Source of the DNA: Acholeplasmataceae bacterium
GTDB taxonomy: Bacteria > Bacillota_I > Bacilli_A > Acholeplasmatales > Acholeplasmataceae
Reading direction: 5' to 3'
Length of the DNA stretch: 64,000 nucleotides
NCBI GenBank assembly: GCA_963675245.1
Contig: OY775910.1
Span: 928,001-992,000, forward strand
A model generated the notes under the pieces. That model did not search any database and had not been told where the DNA came from. It saw only the letters and a list, made by a program, of their open reading frames with translations. Each line of letters opens with the position of its first letter. Positions within the stretch are counted from its first letter, which is position 1. Below are positions 1 to 10,350 of this stretch, piece by piece. The position numbers and the translations under genes were made by a program.

Positions 1-1
1 T

Positions 2-223
2 GGCATTAAAATTACGGGGTTAATCAATAATTCAAATTTATTGAAAGAAACAAGATTTGAAGATATTATGTATGGCGCTGAAATTATTAAGAACGTTTCA
101 CGTGTGACCAAGATACCATTACTTTATACATGTATCGAAGAAACACTTAACCTAAATCATTATGGTTTACCTGGAGATATTTTGAATTTAAAGAGATATT
201 TCGGGAAAAAGTGGAGAAGTTAA
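2..223 (+). CDS. C-terminal part of a protein running off the window start, probably the P-loop/ATP-binding protein often found upstream of vor/kor operons
   Basis: Frame is open from nt 2 (GIKITGLINNSNLLKET...); directly upstream of the ferredoxin gene. Confidence 0.5.
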   Translation, partial: GIKITGLINNSNLLKETRFEDIMYGAEIIKNVSRVTKIPLLYTCIEETLNLNHYGLPGDILNLKRYFGKKWRS

Positions 224-238
224 CAAGGAGGAACTACA

Positions 239-463
239 ATGCAAAAAGGCAACGTATTATTCGACTATGATAAGTGTAAAGGATGCTTATTGTGTGTTGA
301 ATTTTGTCCAAAAGAAATTCTATATCAGGACAAAAAAGAAATTAACAAATCAGGGTATAATGTGATTAAAGTCACAGACATGGATCGTTGTATTGGCTGT
401 GGCATTTGTGCGATGATGTGTCCTGACTCTGTGATTACAGTTGAGGTGGGAAAAAATGAGTAA
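239..463 (+). CDS. 2[4Fe-4S] ferredoxin-type delta subunit of 2-oxoacid:ferredoxin oxidoreductase
   Basis: CKGCLLCVEFCP and CIGCGICAMMCP motifs; AAGGAGG SD upstream. Confidence 0.93.
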   Translation: MQKGNVLFDYDKCKGCLLCVEFCPKEILYQDKKEINKSGYNVIKVTDMDRCIGCGICAMMCPDSVITVEVGKNE

Positions 464-1523
464 AGTATTAATGAAGGGGAATGAAGCGATTGCAGTTGCA
501 GCCATCAAAGGTGGTGTAGATGCATTTTTTGGTTATCCGATTACCCCTCAAAATGAAATCCCTGAATATTTATCTAAACATCTATTAGCTGAAGGTCGTG
601 TTTTTGTTCAAGCTGAATCTGAAGTTGCTGCTGTTAATATGGTCTATGGTGCGGCAGGCGCAGGTGCCAGAGTGATGACATCTTCATCATCTCCAGGTAT
701 CGCATTAAAGCAAGAAGGCATCTCATATATCGCTGCAGCGGAACTACCATGTGTCATTGTTTCTGTTATGCGTGGGGGCCCAGGACTTGGCGGTATACAG
801 CCTTCTCAAGCCGATTACTACCAAGCCACTCGTGGTGGTGGCAATGGTGATTATCAGCTTATTGTGTATGCACCTGAAACGATTCAAGAATCAATAGACA
901 TATTAAAAGAAGCATTTGATATTGCTGACATATATAGAAATCCAGTGCTTGTATTAGTTGATGGATTGATTGGACAAATGATGGAGTCTGTAGATTTGGA
1001 TCGTCCAGTAAAAAAAAGAGAAATTCCTGAAAAAGAATATGCAACCACTGGAATGAATCACCATGAAGGACGACATGTCGCGAACTCTCTACATTTAAAT
1101 CCTGCAACACTTGAGGCCCATAATATAAAATTACATCAAAAATATGAACGCATAAAACAAGAAGAAACGAGATTTGAAACAATTGGAATAGAAGATGCTG
1201 AGTATGTGATTGTTGCTTATGGAACGATGGCACGCATTTGTCGTTCTGCTATTGAAATGTTAGCTGAACAAGGCATTAAAGTTGGTATGATTCGTCCGAT
1301 ATCACTTTGGCCATTCCCTAAAAAAGCATTTGATCTCATTCCTAATAGTAGTAAAGGTGTTTTATGTGCAGAAATGAGTATGGGACAAATGCTTGATGAT
1401 GTCTTGATTTCAAATAAGAATAAATTTCCAGTTGCTTTTTATGGTCGAACAGGTGGTATGGTTCCTGAACCAGAAGAAATCGTTGAAGCAATTATGAACT
1501 TTGAAGACAAGGTGGTGAAATAA
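456..1523 (+). CDS. vorB: 2-oxoacid (3-methyl-2-oxobutanoate-type):ferredoxin oxidoreductase alpha subunit
   Basis: KGNEAIA, GYPITPQ, QAESE, TSSSSPG, RGGPGLG motifs; ATG at 456 follows GAGGTG. Confidence 0.9.
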   Translation: MSKVLMKGNEAIAVAAIKGGVDAFFGYPITPQNEIPEYLSKHLLAEGRVFVQAESEVAAVNMVYGAAGAGARVMTSSSSPGIALKQEGISYIAAAELPCVIVSVMRGGPGLGGIQPSQADYYQATRGGGNGDYQLIVYAPETIQESIDILKEAFDIADIYRNPVLVLVDGLIGQMMESVDLDRPVKKREIPEKEYATTGMNHHEGRHVANSLHLNPATLEAHNIKLHQKYERIKQEETRFETIGIEDAEYVIVAYGTMARICRSAIEMLAEQGIKVGMIRPISLWPFPKKAFDLIPNSSKGVLCAEMSMGQMLDDVLISNKNKFPVAFYGRTGGMVPEPEEIVEAIMNFEDKVVK

Positions 1524-2272
1524 TGGAAGTTAAATATCAAAAATCAAAAGGTTTAACTGACACACCTCTAACATATTGCCCTGGGTGCACCCATGGGATC
1601 GCTCATAAATTAGTCGCTGAAACATTAGAAGAACTTGGCGTATTAGGCGAAGCGATTGGTGTAGCAAGTGTTGGTTGCTCTGTCTTTTCGTATGAGTTCT
1701 TTAATTGTGATATGCAACAAGCACCACATGGTAGAGCATGTGCAGAAGCGACTGGTATTAAACGTGTAAGACCTGATAACATCGTTTTTACATATCAAGG
1801 TGATGGTGATCTTGCATCTATTGGTATTGCAGAAGCGATACATGCCGCTAATCGTGGTGAAAATATTACAGTCATTTTTATTAACAATGCGATATATGGT
1901 ATGACAGGAGGTCAAATGGCACCAACTACTTTGCTTGGTCAAAAAACGACCACATCTCAAAGTGGTAGAGAAGTTATGCAACACGGTAATCCGATTAAGA
2001 TATCAGAAATATTTTCTCAAATTGATGGTGTTGCTTACTTAGAAAGAGTTGCTTTATATGATCCAAAGCATGTCATTAAAGCGAAGAAAGCAATCAAAAA
2101 AGCATTCACATATCAAATGGAAAAACGTGGATTTACAATGATCGAAATATTATCTACATGTCCAGTGAATTGGGGTATGCATCCTATTGATGCACTCAAA
2201 TGGGTTAAATCTGATATGGAACCTGTCTATCCACTAGGAGTATTTAAGGATAAGGGTGATCAAAATGCCTAA
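1523..2272 (+). CDS. 2-oxoacid:ferredoxin oxidoreductase beta subunit (TPP-binding)
   Basis: YCPGC, VGCS, HGRA, GDGD...NN TPP motif, YGMTGGQ. Confidence 0.93.
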   Translation: MEVKYQKSKGLTDTPLTYCPGCTHGIAHKLVAETLEELGVLGEAIGVASVGCSVFSYEFFNCDMQQAPHGRACAEATGIKRVRPDNIVFTYQGDGDLASIGIAEAIHAANRGENITVIFINNAIYGMTGGQMAPTTLLGQKTTTSQSGREVMQHGNPIKISEIFSQIDGVAYLERVALYDPKHVIKAKKAIKKAFTYQMEKRGFTMIEILSTCPVNWGMHPIDALKWVKSDMEPVYPLGVFKDKGDQNA

Positions 2273-2831
2273 AGAAACACACATACGAGTCGCTGGATTT
2301 GGTGGTCAAGGTGTGATGATGTTTGGTCAAATGCTCGCTTATAGTGCAACTATTGACGATTTGAACACATTATGGTTTCCATCCTATGGTCCAGAAACAA
2401 GAGGGGGAACAGCAAATTGTACTGTTATAGTATCTCCTGAAGATATTGGATCTCCGGTGTTTCAGAATGCAAATCATTTCATCGCGTTCAATATGCCATC
2501 ACTCACTAAGTTTCAAGAAAAAGTAACTGAACAAGGATTGGTCCTTTATAACTCATCTTTGATTAAAGAAGAAGTGATCAATGAAAAAGCTTTGGTTGTT
2601 GGCGTACCGGTAAATGAGATTGCAGCTCAATTAGATAATGAAAAAGTCATGAATATGGTCATGCTTGGTGCATATCTCGAACTAACTCATCTATTTAATC
2701 AGCATACGGTTGATGCAGCACTAAAGAAATTCTTAGGAAACCGGAAATCACATATGCTTGATATTAATCTTGAAGCGATCGAGCAAGGAAGACAATATAT
2801 AAAAGGATTAAAGATAACATATGTTACATAA
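2265..2831 (+). CDS. 2-oxoacid:ferredoxin oxidoreductase gamma subunit
   Basis: AGFGGQG, PSYGPETRGG, NMVMLGA motifs. Confidence 0.92.
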   Translation: MPKETHIRVAGFGGQGVMMFGQMLAYSATIDDLNTLWFPSYGPETRGGTANCTVIVSPEDIGSPVFQNANHFIAFNMPSLTKFQEKVTEQGLVLYNSSLIKEEVINEKALVVGVPVNEIAAQLDNEKVMNMVMLGAYLELTHLFNQHTVDAALKKFLGNRKSHMLDINLEAIEQGRQYIKGLKITYVT

Positions 2832-3705
2832 CTTTTACGAACTAAAATCTGCTGCATTAAAAAAGCAACCACAAAGAATGGCGGTTGTTTTTCCACATGA
2901 TTTATTTGTGATGGAAGCTGTTTTAGATGCTTATAAAGCAGGTGTTGTTAAACCAATTTTAATTGGTGATCAGTATATCATCAGTGAATTATTAGAACAA
3001 TTTAACGATATAAAAATCATCCATGAAAAAGATCCTTTGAAGGCTTCTCGCATAGCGATGGATTTAGTAAATACCGAACAAGCAGATATTATCATGAAAG
3101 GTTTGATTGATACACATTATCTATTAAAAGCGGTTGTCAATGATCAATTTGGCATTAAAAAAAGCAAGCTATTATCTCATGTTGGTTTAGTATCATATTC
3201 AGATTTCAATCGTGTTTTATTTATCACAGATGGTGCCATGAATATTGCACCAAATGTTAATGATAAAATTCACATTATTGAAAATGTTATATTTCTTGCA
3301 CATGCACTTGGCGATGATAGACCAAAAGTAGGTTTAGTTTCAGCGGTTGAAAAAGTAAATCCTAAAATGCAATCAACAGTTGATGCGAAAGAAATTCTTT
3401 CTCATTATAAGAAAAATGAGAATTTATCATTTGATATTGATGGACCTTTTGCAATCGATAATTTAGTGAGCTTGGAATCTGTGCTTCATAAAGGGTTGTC
3501 TGGTCCTGTGGCAGGAAATGCTAATATATTAGTGTTTCCAAATATTGAATCTGGTAATGTTTTTTACAAGACATCTGTCTTCTTAGCACATGCAGAATCT
3601 GCAGGTATTGTGATGGGTGCCAAGGTACCAATCGTTTTAACAAGCAGAGCGGATACAAAAGAAGCGAAATTAAATTCTATTTATTTGGCGGTGGTAATAT
3701 CATGA
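2821..3705 (+). CDS. ptb: Phosphate butyryltransferase (phosphate acyltransferase)
   Basis: MKGLIDT, LSHV, DGPFAIDN, PNIESGN, PIVLTSRAD; adjacent to buk. Confidence 0.88.
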   Translation: MLHNFYELKSAALKKQPQRMAVVFPHDLFVMEAVLDAYKAGVVKPILIGDQYIISELLEQFNDIKIIHEKDPLKASRIAMDLVNTEQADIIMKGLIDTHYLLKAVVNDQFGIKKSKLLSHVGLVSYSDFNRVLFITDGAMNIAPNVNDKIHIIENVIFLAHALGDDRPKVGLVSAVEKVNPKMQSTVDAKEILSHYKKNENLSFDIDGPFAIDNLVSLESVLHKGLSGPVAGNANILVFPNIESGNVFYKTSVFLAHAESAGIVMGAKVPIVLTSRADTKEAKLNSIYLAVVIS

Positions 3706-4781
3706 CAAATTTGATATTAGTGATTAATCCAGGATCAACTTCAACGAAGGTTGCATTATATAAAAATGAGAATGTGTTTGCAGAAAAAACATTAAGACAT
3801 AGTGCTGAAGAACTATCTCAATATAAGAATATTATCGATCAAAAGGATACCAGAAAAAGGCTTATTAAAGACTTTTTAGACGAATATCATATGACGATAG
3901 ATATGATTGATATATTTGTTGGAAGAGGTGGTATCTTAAAACCATTAAAGCAATCAGGTACATATCTAGTTAATGATGAAATGATATCAGATTTAAGTCA
4001 AGCAAAATACGGACAACATGCCTCTAATCTTGGAGCAATCATCGCTTATGAATATGCGAAAGAATATGATAAACCAGCATTTATTGTAGATCCAGTATGC
4101 ATAGATGAAATGAACGATATAGCACGTATATCAGGATTAAAAGGTATTGAGAGACAATCAACTTATCATGCATTAAATCAAAAAGCGGTTGCAAGAAAAC
4201 ATGCTGAAAAGATAGATAAAGCATATAAGGATTTAAATCTTATCGTGTGCCATCTAGGTGGTGGTATCAGTGTTGGGTTGCATATGAAAGGAAAAGTAGT
4301 TGATGTCAATAATGCATTAGGTGGAGATGGACCTTTCTCGCCAGAAAGAACGGGGACCATTCCAACTTATCCGCTTGTTAAATTGTGTTTTTCTGGTAAG
4401 TATAGTGAACATGAGATAAAGAAAATGTTGGTCGGACATGGTGGTTTAGTATCTTATGTTCATACGACTGATGCTGTCGAAATAGAAAAGAGAATTCAAG
4501 CAGGTGACACTGAAGTAGCATTTTATTTCAACGCGATGGCGTATCGAGTAGCTAAAGAAATAGGTGGATTATATTTTATTGCTTCTGGAGAAATAGACGA
4601 TATATTGATTACAGGTGGATTAGCTTATAATCAAACATTCATGTCTTATCTTAAAGCTTATATAGAACCGATAAAGCCTTTTGTGGAATATCCAGGTGAA
4701 TTTGAAATGCAAGCGTTAGTACTTGGCGCATTACGTGTCATAAATAAAGAGGAAGAAGCGCATATTTATCACAATCATTAA
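3702..4781 (+). CDS. buk: Butyrate kinase
   Basis: INPGSTSTK, VGRGG, HASNLG, HALNQKA, HLGGGISV, GPFSPER motifs. Confidence 0.95.
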   Translation: MTNLILVINPGSTSTKVALYKNENVFAEKTLRHSAEELSQYKNIIDQKDTRKRLIKDFLDEYHMTIDMIDIFVGRGGILKPLKQSGTYLVNDEMISDLSQAKYGQHASNLGAIIAYEYAKEYDKPAFIVDPVCIDEMNDIARISGLKGIERQSTYHALNQKAVARKHAEKIDKAYKDLNLIVCHLGGGISVGLHMKGKVVDVNNALGGDGPFSPERTGTIPTYPLVKLCFSGKYSEHEIKKMLVGHGGLVSYVHTTDAVEIEKRIQAGDTEVAFYFNAMAYRVAKEIGGLYFIASGEIDDILITGGLAYNQTFMSYLKAYIEPIKPFVEYPGEFEMQALVLGALRVINKEEEAHIYHNH

Positions 4782-4788
4782 AATAGTG

Positions 4789-4817
4789 TTGACATGTGAA
4801 CATTTTTAATCTATAAT
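4789..4817 (+). promoter_or_regulatory. Sigma-A promoter of the trpB leader
   Basis: TTGACA (4789-4794), 17 nt spacer, TATAAT (4812-4817). Confidence 0.88.
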
Positions 4818-4834
4818 CAATACAAACCATTAAA

Positions 4835-5078
4835 TCAATGAGTGGAAGTAGTAAATTATTTTTTCGTAATCAAAGAGAGTCGGGTATGGTGAAAACCGAT
4901 ATTACAAAAATAATCGAATGGATCCATGAGAGAAAATCCGAAATGTAGGATTTTACGGGTGCTCCCGTTATAGAGCTAGGATATGATCGTATCCGATGAG
5001 GGTTCTTTATAAGAACTAAAAAAAGGTGGCACCACGTTAATAACGTCCTTTATGCAAATAGCATATTGGACTTTTTTG
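4835..5078 (+). promoter_or_regulatory. T-box riboswitch, Trp specifier
   Basis: AGTA and AGAGAG stem I motifs; specifier loop GAA-TGG-A (TGG at 4919-4921); antiterminator AAGGTGGCACCACG...CGTCCTT; U-tailed terminator at 5044-5078. Confidence 0.93.
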
Positions 5079-5178
5079 TTGATATAAGGAGACTTGAAAT
5101 GGGACCTTGAAGGAATCGATTCACTAAAATTTAACTATATTAGATCAAATAATAATAAAATCAAAGGAGATAATTAAA

Positions 5179-6363
5179 ATGACAAATTATGAATATGGAA
5201 GATTTGGCGGACAATTTGTACCACCAGTCGTCGTAGCAGCATTAAATGAATTAGAACGTGTATTTAACGAAGCGAAAGAAGATCCTAAATTTATCGCTGA
5301 ATACTTGTATTACTTAAAACATTATGTAGGACGTCCTAGTCCGTTATATTTCGCTGAGAATCTAACGAAGAAATATGGTGGCGCTAAGATTTATCTTAAG
5401 CGAGAAGATTTAAACCACACTGGTGCACATAAGATTAACAATACGATTGGACAAATCTTATTGGCTAAACGTATGGGGAAAACAAAAGTCATTGCAGAAA
5501 CTGGCGCTGGTCAACACGGAGTTGCTACTGCGACTACTGCAGCAATGTTTGGTATGGATTGTGAAGTTTTCCAAGGTGCAGTTGATATGGAAAGACAAAG
5601 ATTAAATGTTTTCAGAATGGAAATGTTAGGAGCTAAAGTAACTGGTGTTGATCAAGGCACAGCAACACTCGCTGATGCTGTTGATTTTGCAATTGGTAAA
5701 TGGGTTGAACGTATTGAAGACACATTTTACTTATTAGGCAGTGCTGTTGGGCCACACCCTTATCCAACCATCGTTAAGTTCTTCCAAAAGATTATTGGTG
5801 AAGAAGCAAGAAAACAAATACTTGAACAAGAGGGGAAACTTCCTGATTACTTATTTGCGTGTGTTGGTGGTGGATCAAATGCAATTGGTTTATTCACTGA
5901 ATTTTTGAAAGATGAAGACGCAAAAATTGTTGGTGTTGAAGCTGCCGGCAAAGGTTTAGAAACAAAAGAACATGCGGCAACTTTAACTTTAGGAAAAGAA
6001 GCTGTTATTCATGGTATGAGTACCAAAGTTGTTTTAGATGATGATGGTAAGATTAGTCCAGTATACTCAATTTCAGCAGGTCTCGATTATCCTGGCGTAG
6101 GTCCAGAACATGCTTTCTTACAAGACACAAAACGAGTATCTTATGAATCTTGTACGGACGAAGAAGCTGTTAATGCCTTCCTTGAACTCTCTCGCGAAGA
6201 AGGTATTATTCCAGCTATTGAATCGTCTCATGCGGTTGCTAATGCCTTAAAACTTGCACCACAGCTTAAACCAGATCAAATTATTATTATCAATTTATCA
6301 GGTCGGGGTGATAAAGATGTTGAAGCAATTGAAAGATATTTGAATCAAAAAAGTTCGAACTAA
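5179..6363 (+). CDS. trpB: Tryptophan synthase beta chain (stand-alone)
   Basis: [15 protein letters not shown] (PLP lysine), [38 protein letters not shown]. Confidence 0.97.
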   Translation: MTNYEYGRFGGQFVPPVVVAALNELERVFNEAKEDPKFIAEYLYYLKHYVGRPSPLYFAENLTKKYGGAKIYLKREDLNHTGAHKINNTIGQILLAKRMGKTKVIAETGAGQHGVATATTAAMFGMDCEVFQGAVDMERQRLNVFRMEMLGAKVTGVDQGTATLADAVDFAIGKWVERIEDTFYLLGSAVGPHPYPTIVKFFQKIIGEEARKQILEQEGKLPDYLFACVGGGSNAIGLFTEFLKDEDAKIVGVEAAGKGLETKEHAATLTLGKEAVIHGMSTKVVLDDDGKISPVYSISAGLDYPGVGPEHAFLQDTKRVSYESCTDEEAVNAFLELSREEGIIPAIESSHAVANALKLAPQLKPDQIIIINLSGRGDKDVEAIERYLNQKSSN

Positions 6364-6391
6364 AAAAAATGCCAGTCCAGCTGGCATTTTT
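6364..6391. terminator. Bidirectional intrinsic terminator between convergent genes
   Basis: AAAAAAATGCCAG-tccag-CTGGCATTTTTT. Confidence 0.85.
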
Positions 6392-6903
6392 CATGAATGA
6401 TTTAAATGATCAACAATATGTGCGATTAAATTAAGAATAATACCATCAACAACGCTGATTGCACCAACGATATATCCCCAATTGAATGTAGGATAGATAA
6501 TTGAAGCCATGAAAAACCCAATAGCAATCACATATAAAACATAAGCACAAATATTAATCACACGAGGTTGAATTCTAATGAAAGACCGTTTATGATATTT
6601 TTCTATTTGTGCAAACTCCTCACTGGTAACGTCTAACGGTGTCATGACAACAAAGGCATTTTCTTTTAAATCATATTTAATCCCTATGACATCTCCAGTT
6701 GCCTTTTCAATAACATACTGTAAATTCTCTGATTTTCTGATAGTGCGATTAGGATAGATTGGTTCAAATAACTCTTCGACATGTGGGCCAAGGTAGGACT
6801 CATAGAGGTTTGCATTAATTAAAACATCGGCTCTATAAGTCATTTCTCTCATGTTCATGCGTTTATTTTGCATATCTAAGTATGCTCTTATCTTTTCATG
6901 CAT
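6391..6903 (-). CDS. Hypothetical membrane protein with two C-terminal hydrophobic segments
   Basis: 170 aa ORF with GAGGTG SD; fills the gap between neighbouring genes. Confidence 0.7.
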   Translation of the reverse strand: MHEKIRAYLDMQNKRMNMREMTYRADVLINANLYESYLGPHVEELFEPIYPNRTIRKSENLQYVIEKATGDVIGIKYDLKENAFVVMTPLDVTSEEFAQIEKYHKRSFIRIQPRVINICAYVLYVIAIGFFMASIIYPTFNWGYIVGAISVVDGIILNLIAHIVDHLNHS

Positions 6904-7056
6904 CGTATCACCTCATTTGCCTTTAGTCTATCACAAACGCTTTGAAATTAAAATATTTTCGTAACCTAATATCATATGCGTTTGCATATTTGAATAAGTA
7001 AGATTAAAATTAATATAAAGAGACAAACGTACTCTAGTTCTATAGGAGGTAAAAAA

Positions 7057-7599
7057 ATGAAACCTGTTATAATTTCTTTTTCAGAGACGATGAATAACGA
7101 AAGAGTGGCGAGTCAAGTCGCGAAAGATCTTAACATTGATTGGATTAAGTTAAAAGAAACTAAAAAGAGAAGTTTATTCACAAACATTATTGATGTATTA
7201 TTTGGCAGAAAACCAAAAATCGCACTTGATCTATCACTATTAGAGCCATATGATTTTCTTGTGTTTATGGGTCCTGTTTGGATTGGTCATCCAGCAAGTC
7301 CCTTTAGAAGAATATTTCAATATTTAAAGACCAATCCTAAAAAATATGGTTTGATTACGGTTTGTGGTGGTAATTGTGATCTAGTTAGTAATCCAAAATT
7401 AAGTGAATGTTTAATGAAGAGAACTGGACACGAACCACTATTTGTTAAAGAATTAAAACTATTTGATTTAATGCCACCAATGGATCAAAAAGAATTGAAC
7501 GAAAAACTATTTAAATATGAAATGTTGCAAGAAGAGATAGACGAATATGTTAATCAAGCAAAAACATTTTTAAAAGACTACCTTGAGGAGCACATATAA
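7057..7599 (+). CDS. Flavodoxin-like protein
   Basis: N-terminal FSETMNNERVA loop, YD..VFMGPVW, TVCGG; AGGAGG SD. Confidence 0.65.
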   Translation: MKPVIISFSETMNNERVASQVAKDLNIDWIKLKETKKRSLFTNIIDVLFGRKPKIALDLSLLEPYDFLVFMGPVWIGHPASPFRRIFQYLKTNPKKYGLITVCGGNCDLVSNPKLSECLMKRTGHEPLFVKELKLFDLMPPMDQKELNEKLFKYEMLQEEIDEYVNQAKTFLKDYLEEHI

Positions 7600-7646
7600 G
7601 TGTTCTTTTGTTATAATGGATGTATGTTAAAGAAAGGTGGTGTATT

Positions 7647-8816
7647 ATGAAACAAGTACATAGTCAACATGTTGATGATGAATCATATTTTGACAGTTAT
7701 GAAGAAACATCTTTCTTAAAAACTTCTTATGAAGAGCAAATTAAACTTAAGTCACAATATATTAATACTCAATTTCAAAGTCTAGATATTAAGTCAGATA
7801 TTAAACCAATCATTTTAGCTGATCATCCACAACATTACAGACATAAAGTAACTTCCTCAGCAACCAATACAAAAGCAAATGGAAAATGGCAATTGAAATT
7901 AGGTTTCTATATTGAAAACACGCATAAAATTAAACCTGTTTTTGAAAGTATTTTACAACATAAAGCAATCGAAAACACATTAAAAAATATTGAAACAATT
8001 CTTCAAAAAAATAAATTTACTGCATACGTGAAAGGGCACAGCAGAGGGATTATCAAGCATGTGCTTATCAAGCGGTCATATGATAGTGGTGACTTACTGG
8101 TTGTCTTTGTTACACAAGGTAGAATCTTTCCTAATTCAAAACAAATAATTGGGATGATTCGAGAAAAAAATCCGTCAATAAAAACAGTCGTTCAAATTAT
8201 TCAAAACACAGATACTCACATCGTTTTATATGGTGAAGATAAAGTGCTTTATGGACCGGGATATATTATTGATAAAATAGATGATTTATCATTTAAGTTA
8301 TCTGCAAAATCATTTTATCAAGTGAATCCAGAACAAATGATGAAACTATATCATAACGCATTTGATTTAGCAAATATTAACAAGAGTGAATTAGTTGTTG
8401 ATTGTTATTCCGGTATTGGAACGTTATCTTTGTTAGCCGCTAAAAAAGCTAAGTCAGTCGTCGCAGTTGAGATGAATGCCACTGCAGTAAAAGATGCGAT
8501 AGAAAATGCGAGTCGAAACCACATTAATAATGTTAAATTCATTAAAGATGATGCAGCACATTTTCTAGAAACATATCAAGAGCGGGTGGATGTGTTATTG
8601 ATTGATCCACCACGTATTGGTGTAAGTATGAATTTCATTGAAGCTATCAAGACATTGAAACCTAAAAGAATTGTTTATATTTCTTGTTTCGTTGAAACAC
8701 AAATCAGAGACATCAAACAGTTAAATCATTTATATGATATAGAAGCGGTTCAGCCTGTTGATATGTTTCCATACACTTCACATATCGAAAATATCGTATT
8801 ATTAACTTTAAAATAA
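7647..8816 (+). CDS. rlmD: 23S rRNA m5U methyltransferase (RlmD/RumA family) lacking the TRAM domain
   Basis: SFYQVN, DCYSGIG, DPPRIG, YISC, VDMFPYTSHIE. Confidence 0.88.
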   Translation: MKQVHSQHVDDESYFDSYEETSFLKTSYEEQIKLKSQYINTQFQSLDIKSDIKPIILADHPQHYRHKVTSSATNTKANGKWQLKLGFYIENTHKIKPVFESILQHKAIENTLKNIETILQKNKFTAYVKGHSRGIIKHVLIKRSYDSGDLLVVFVTQGRIFPNSKQIIGMIREKNPSIKTVVQIIQNTDTHIVLYGEDKVLYGPGYIIDKIDDLSFKLSAKSFYQVNPEQMMKLYHNAFDLANINKSELVVDCYSGIGTLSLLAAKKAKSVVAVEMNATAVKDAIENASRNHINNVKFIKDDAAHFLETYQERVDVLLIDPPRIGVSMNFIEAIKTLKPKRIVYISCFVETQIRDIKQLNHLYDIEAVQPVDMFPYTSHIENIVLLTLK

Positions 8817-9055
8817 TTAGAATGATTTTCACGAGGAAACCATTCTAATGTATTATTAATTCTGTTATATGAGTGATAAATCATTAACACGAATTTTTTT
8901 GTAAATAATTAAAATAATAATAAATATGACACAAATTTGTCAAGATTACGCGATACAATAAGTTTATAAAATTAATATATTCGGATTGACATCGAATAGG
9001 AATTCAAAAATCTTCTTAAATTTTAAAATGATCTTTGAAAGGGGATATGAAGGTT

Positions 9056-9871
9056 ATGATTAAAAAAACGTATTTATTATTATTGATACTCTTTAGTGCA
9101 TTAGGACTATTTGGATGCAGTGATAGTTCCTATGAACCAAATGGTGATGAGTATGAGAATGGATCAGAAAATAGTGTATTAGTTGCAAATGAAACAGCAC
9201 CGGAACGCTTGATGATCTACACAGTCGATATTTCTTTTGATGTAGATGATCTGAATGAGGCTTCAACGATGTTAAAAAGCATGATTGAAGATGATGAATG
9301 GTTTGATGAAGAAACACAGACATCACACATTCACTATTATAGTGTACGTGTCAAAACTGAACGACTAGATACATTTATTGGCGCATTACAGAGTCTGTTT
9401 ATGCAAAGTTCATATGAAAAGAAAGGTGAAGATATATCACTTGAATATCAAGACACAACAAACAGAATCGCTGCTTTAGAAGCACAAATGGCACGTTTAT
9501 TGGTTCTCTATGAAAATGCATCATTGTCAGATATGATTATTATTAATGAGCAAATTTCTGAGATTGAAGTAGAATTACAATCACTTCAAAGCACAATCAG
9601 TGAGTTTGATAGTCTTGTCATGTACAGTACGGTGCATGTTACTTTTCACGGTAGCACTGTCATTACTAGATCTCCTTTTATCAACAGGGTAGGCAATGGT
9701 TTCATAACGGGCTTAAATTCTCTATTGAATTTTTTAGATGGATTTGTGATTGTCATTGTAACAATTTTACCTTTTGTCGTGATCTTTGGTGGATTAGGAC
9801 TTGGCGGTTATTTTATTTATCATAAGCAAAGAAAAAAGAAGATTGCGAACAAGCATGAGAAAAAGGAATAA
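9056..9871 (+). CDS. DUF4349-like lipoprotein with coiled coil and C-terminal TM
   Basis: Lipobox LFGC; EDIS..YQDT..RI..LE...RL..L pattern; TM followed by basic tail. Confidence 0.75.
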   Translation: MIKKTYLLLLILFSALGLFGCSDSSYEPNGDEYENGSENSVLVANETAPERLMIYTVDISFDVDDLNEASTMLKSMIEDDEWFDEETQTSHIHYYSVRVKTERLDTFIGALQSLFMQSSYEKKGEDISLEYQDTTNRIAALEAQMARLLVLYENASLSDMIIINEQISEIEVELQSLQSTISEFDSLVMYSTVHVTFHGSTVITRSPFINRVGNGFITGLNSLLNFLDGFVIVIVTILPFVVIFGGLGLGGYFIYHKQRKKKIANKHEKKE

Positions 9872-9888
9872 TTTAATAACCTATTAGA

Positions 9889-9924
9889 TACAGTTTAGAG
9901 TTTACTCGAAACTGTTTTCTTTTT
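9889..9924 (+). terminator. Intrinsic terminator
   Basis: ACAGTTT...AAACTGT stem followed by TTTCTTTT. Confidence 0.65.
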
Positions 9925-10004
9925 ACTTATAAAAAAATTGAGAAATGTGATTAAAACAGTATAATATAAATAATAGGAATAACGTGTATAAAAGGAGAGT
10001 AAAC

Positions 10005-10334
10005 ATGAAATTAAAGGTAAAAGGTACTGCCAGCAATATAAGGAATATTATTACTGATTATTTTAGCGACTATAACATTATAAACAATTCACAAGTAACA
10101 AACGATACCTACTTTTTAGTGGTTGAAAAATACTTTATTAGAAACAGTAGTAGGGCATCACTTTCAATCGTAATCAGTGAATCTGAATTTGGGGATACGA
10201 TGGTTGAAGCGATTGGCTCTGGTGGTGGACAAGGTTGGCTGTTTAAGTTTGATTGGGGTGCAGCAGGATCTTTTGAAAATAAAATTAAAACAATTTTAGA
10301 TCAACATCATATATCTTATCAAACGATAGTTTAA
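10005..10334 (+). CDS. Conserved hypothetical protein (DUF6054-like)
   Basis: EKYFIRNSSRASLS, GSGGGQG, FDWGA motifs; AAGGAG SD. Confidence 0.7.
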   Translation: MKLKVKGTASNIRNIITDYFSDYNIINNSQVTNDTYFLVVEKYFIRNSSRASLSIVISESEFGDTMVEAIGSGGGQGWLFKFDWGAAGSFENKIKTILDQHHISYQTIV

Positions 10335-10350
10335 TGGATAGGTGGTTTAA

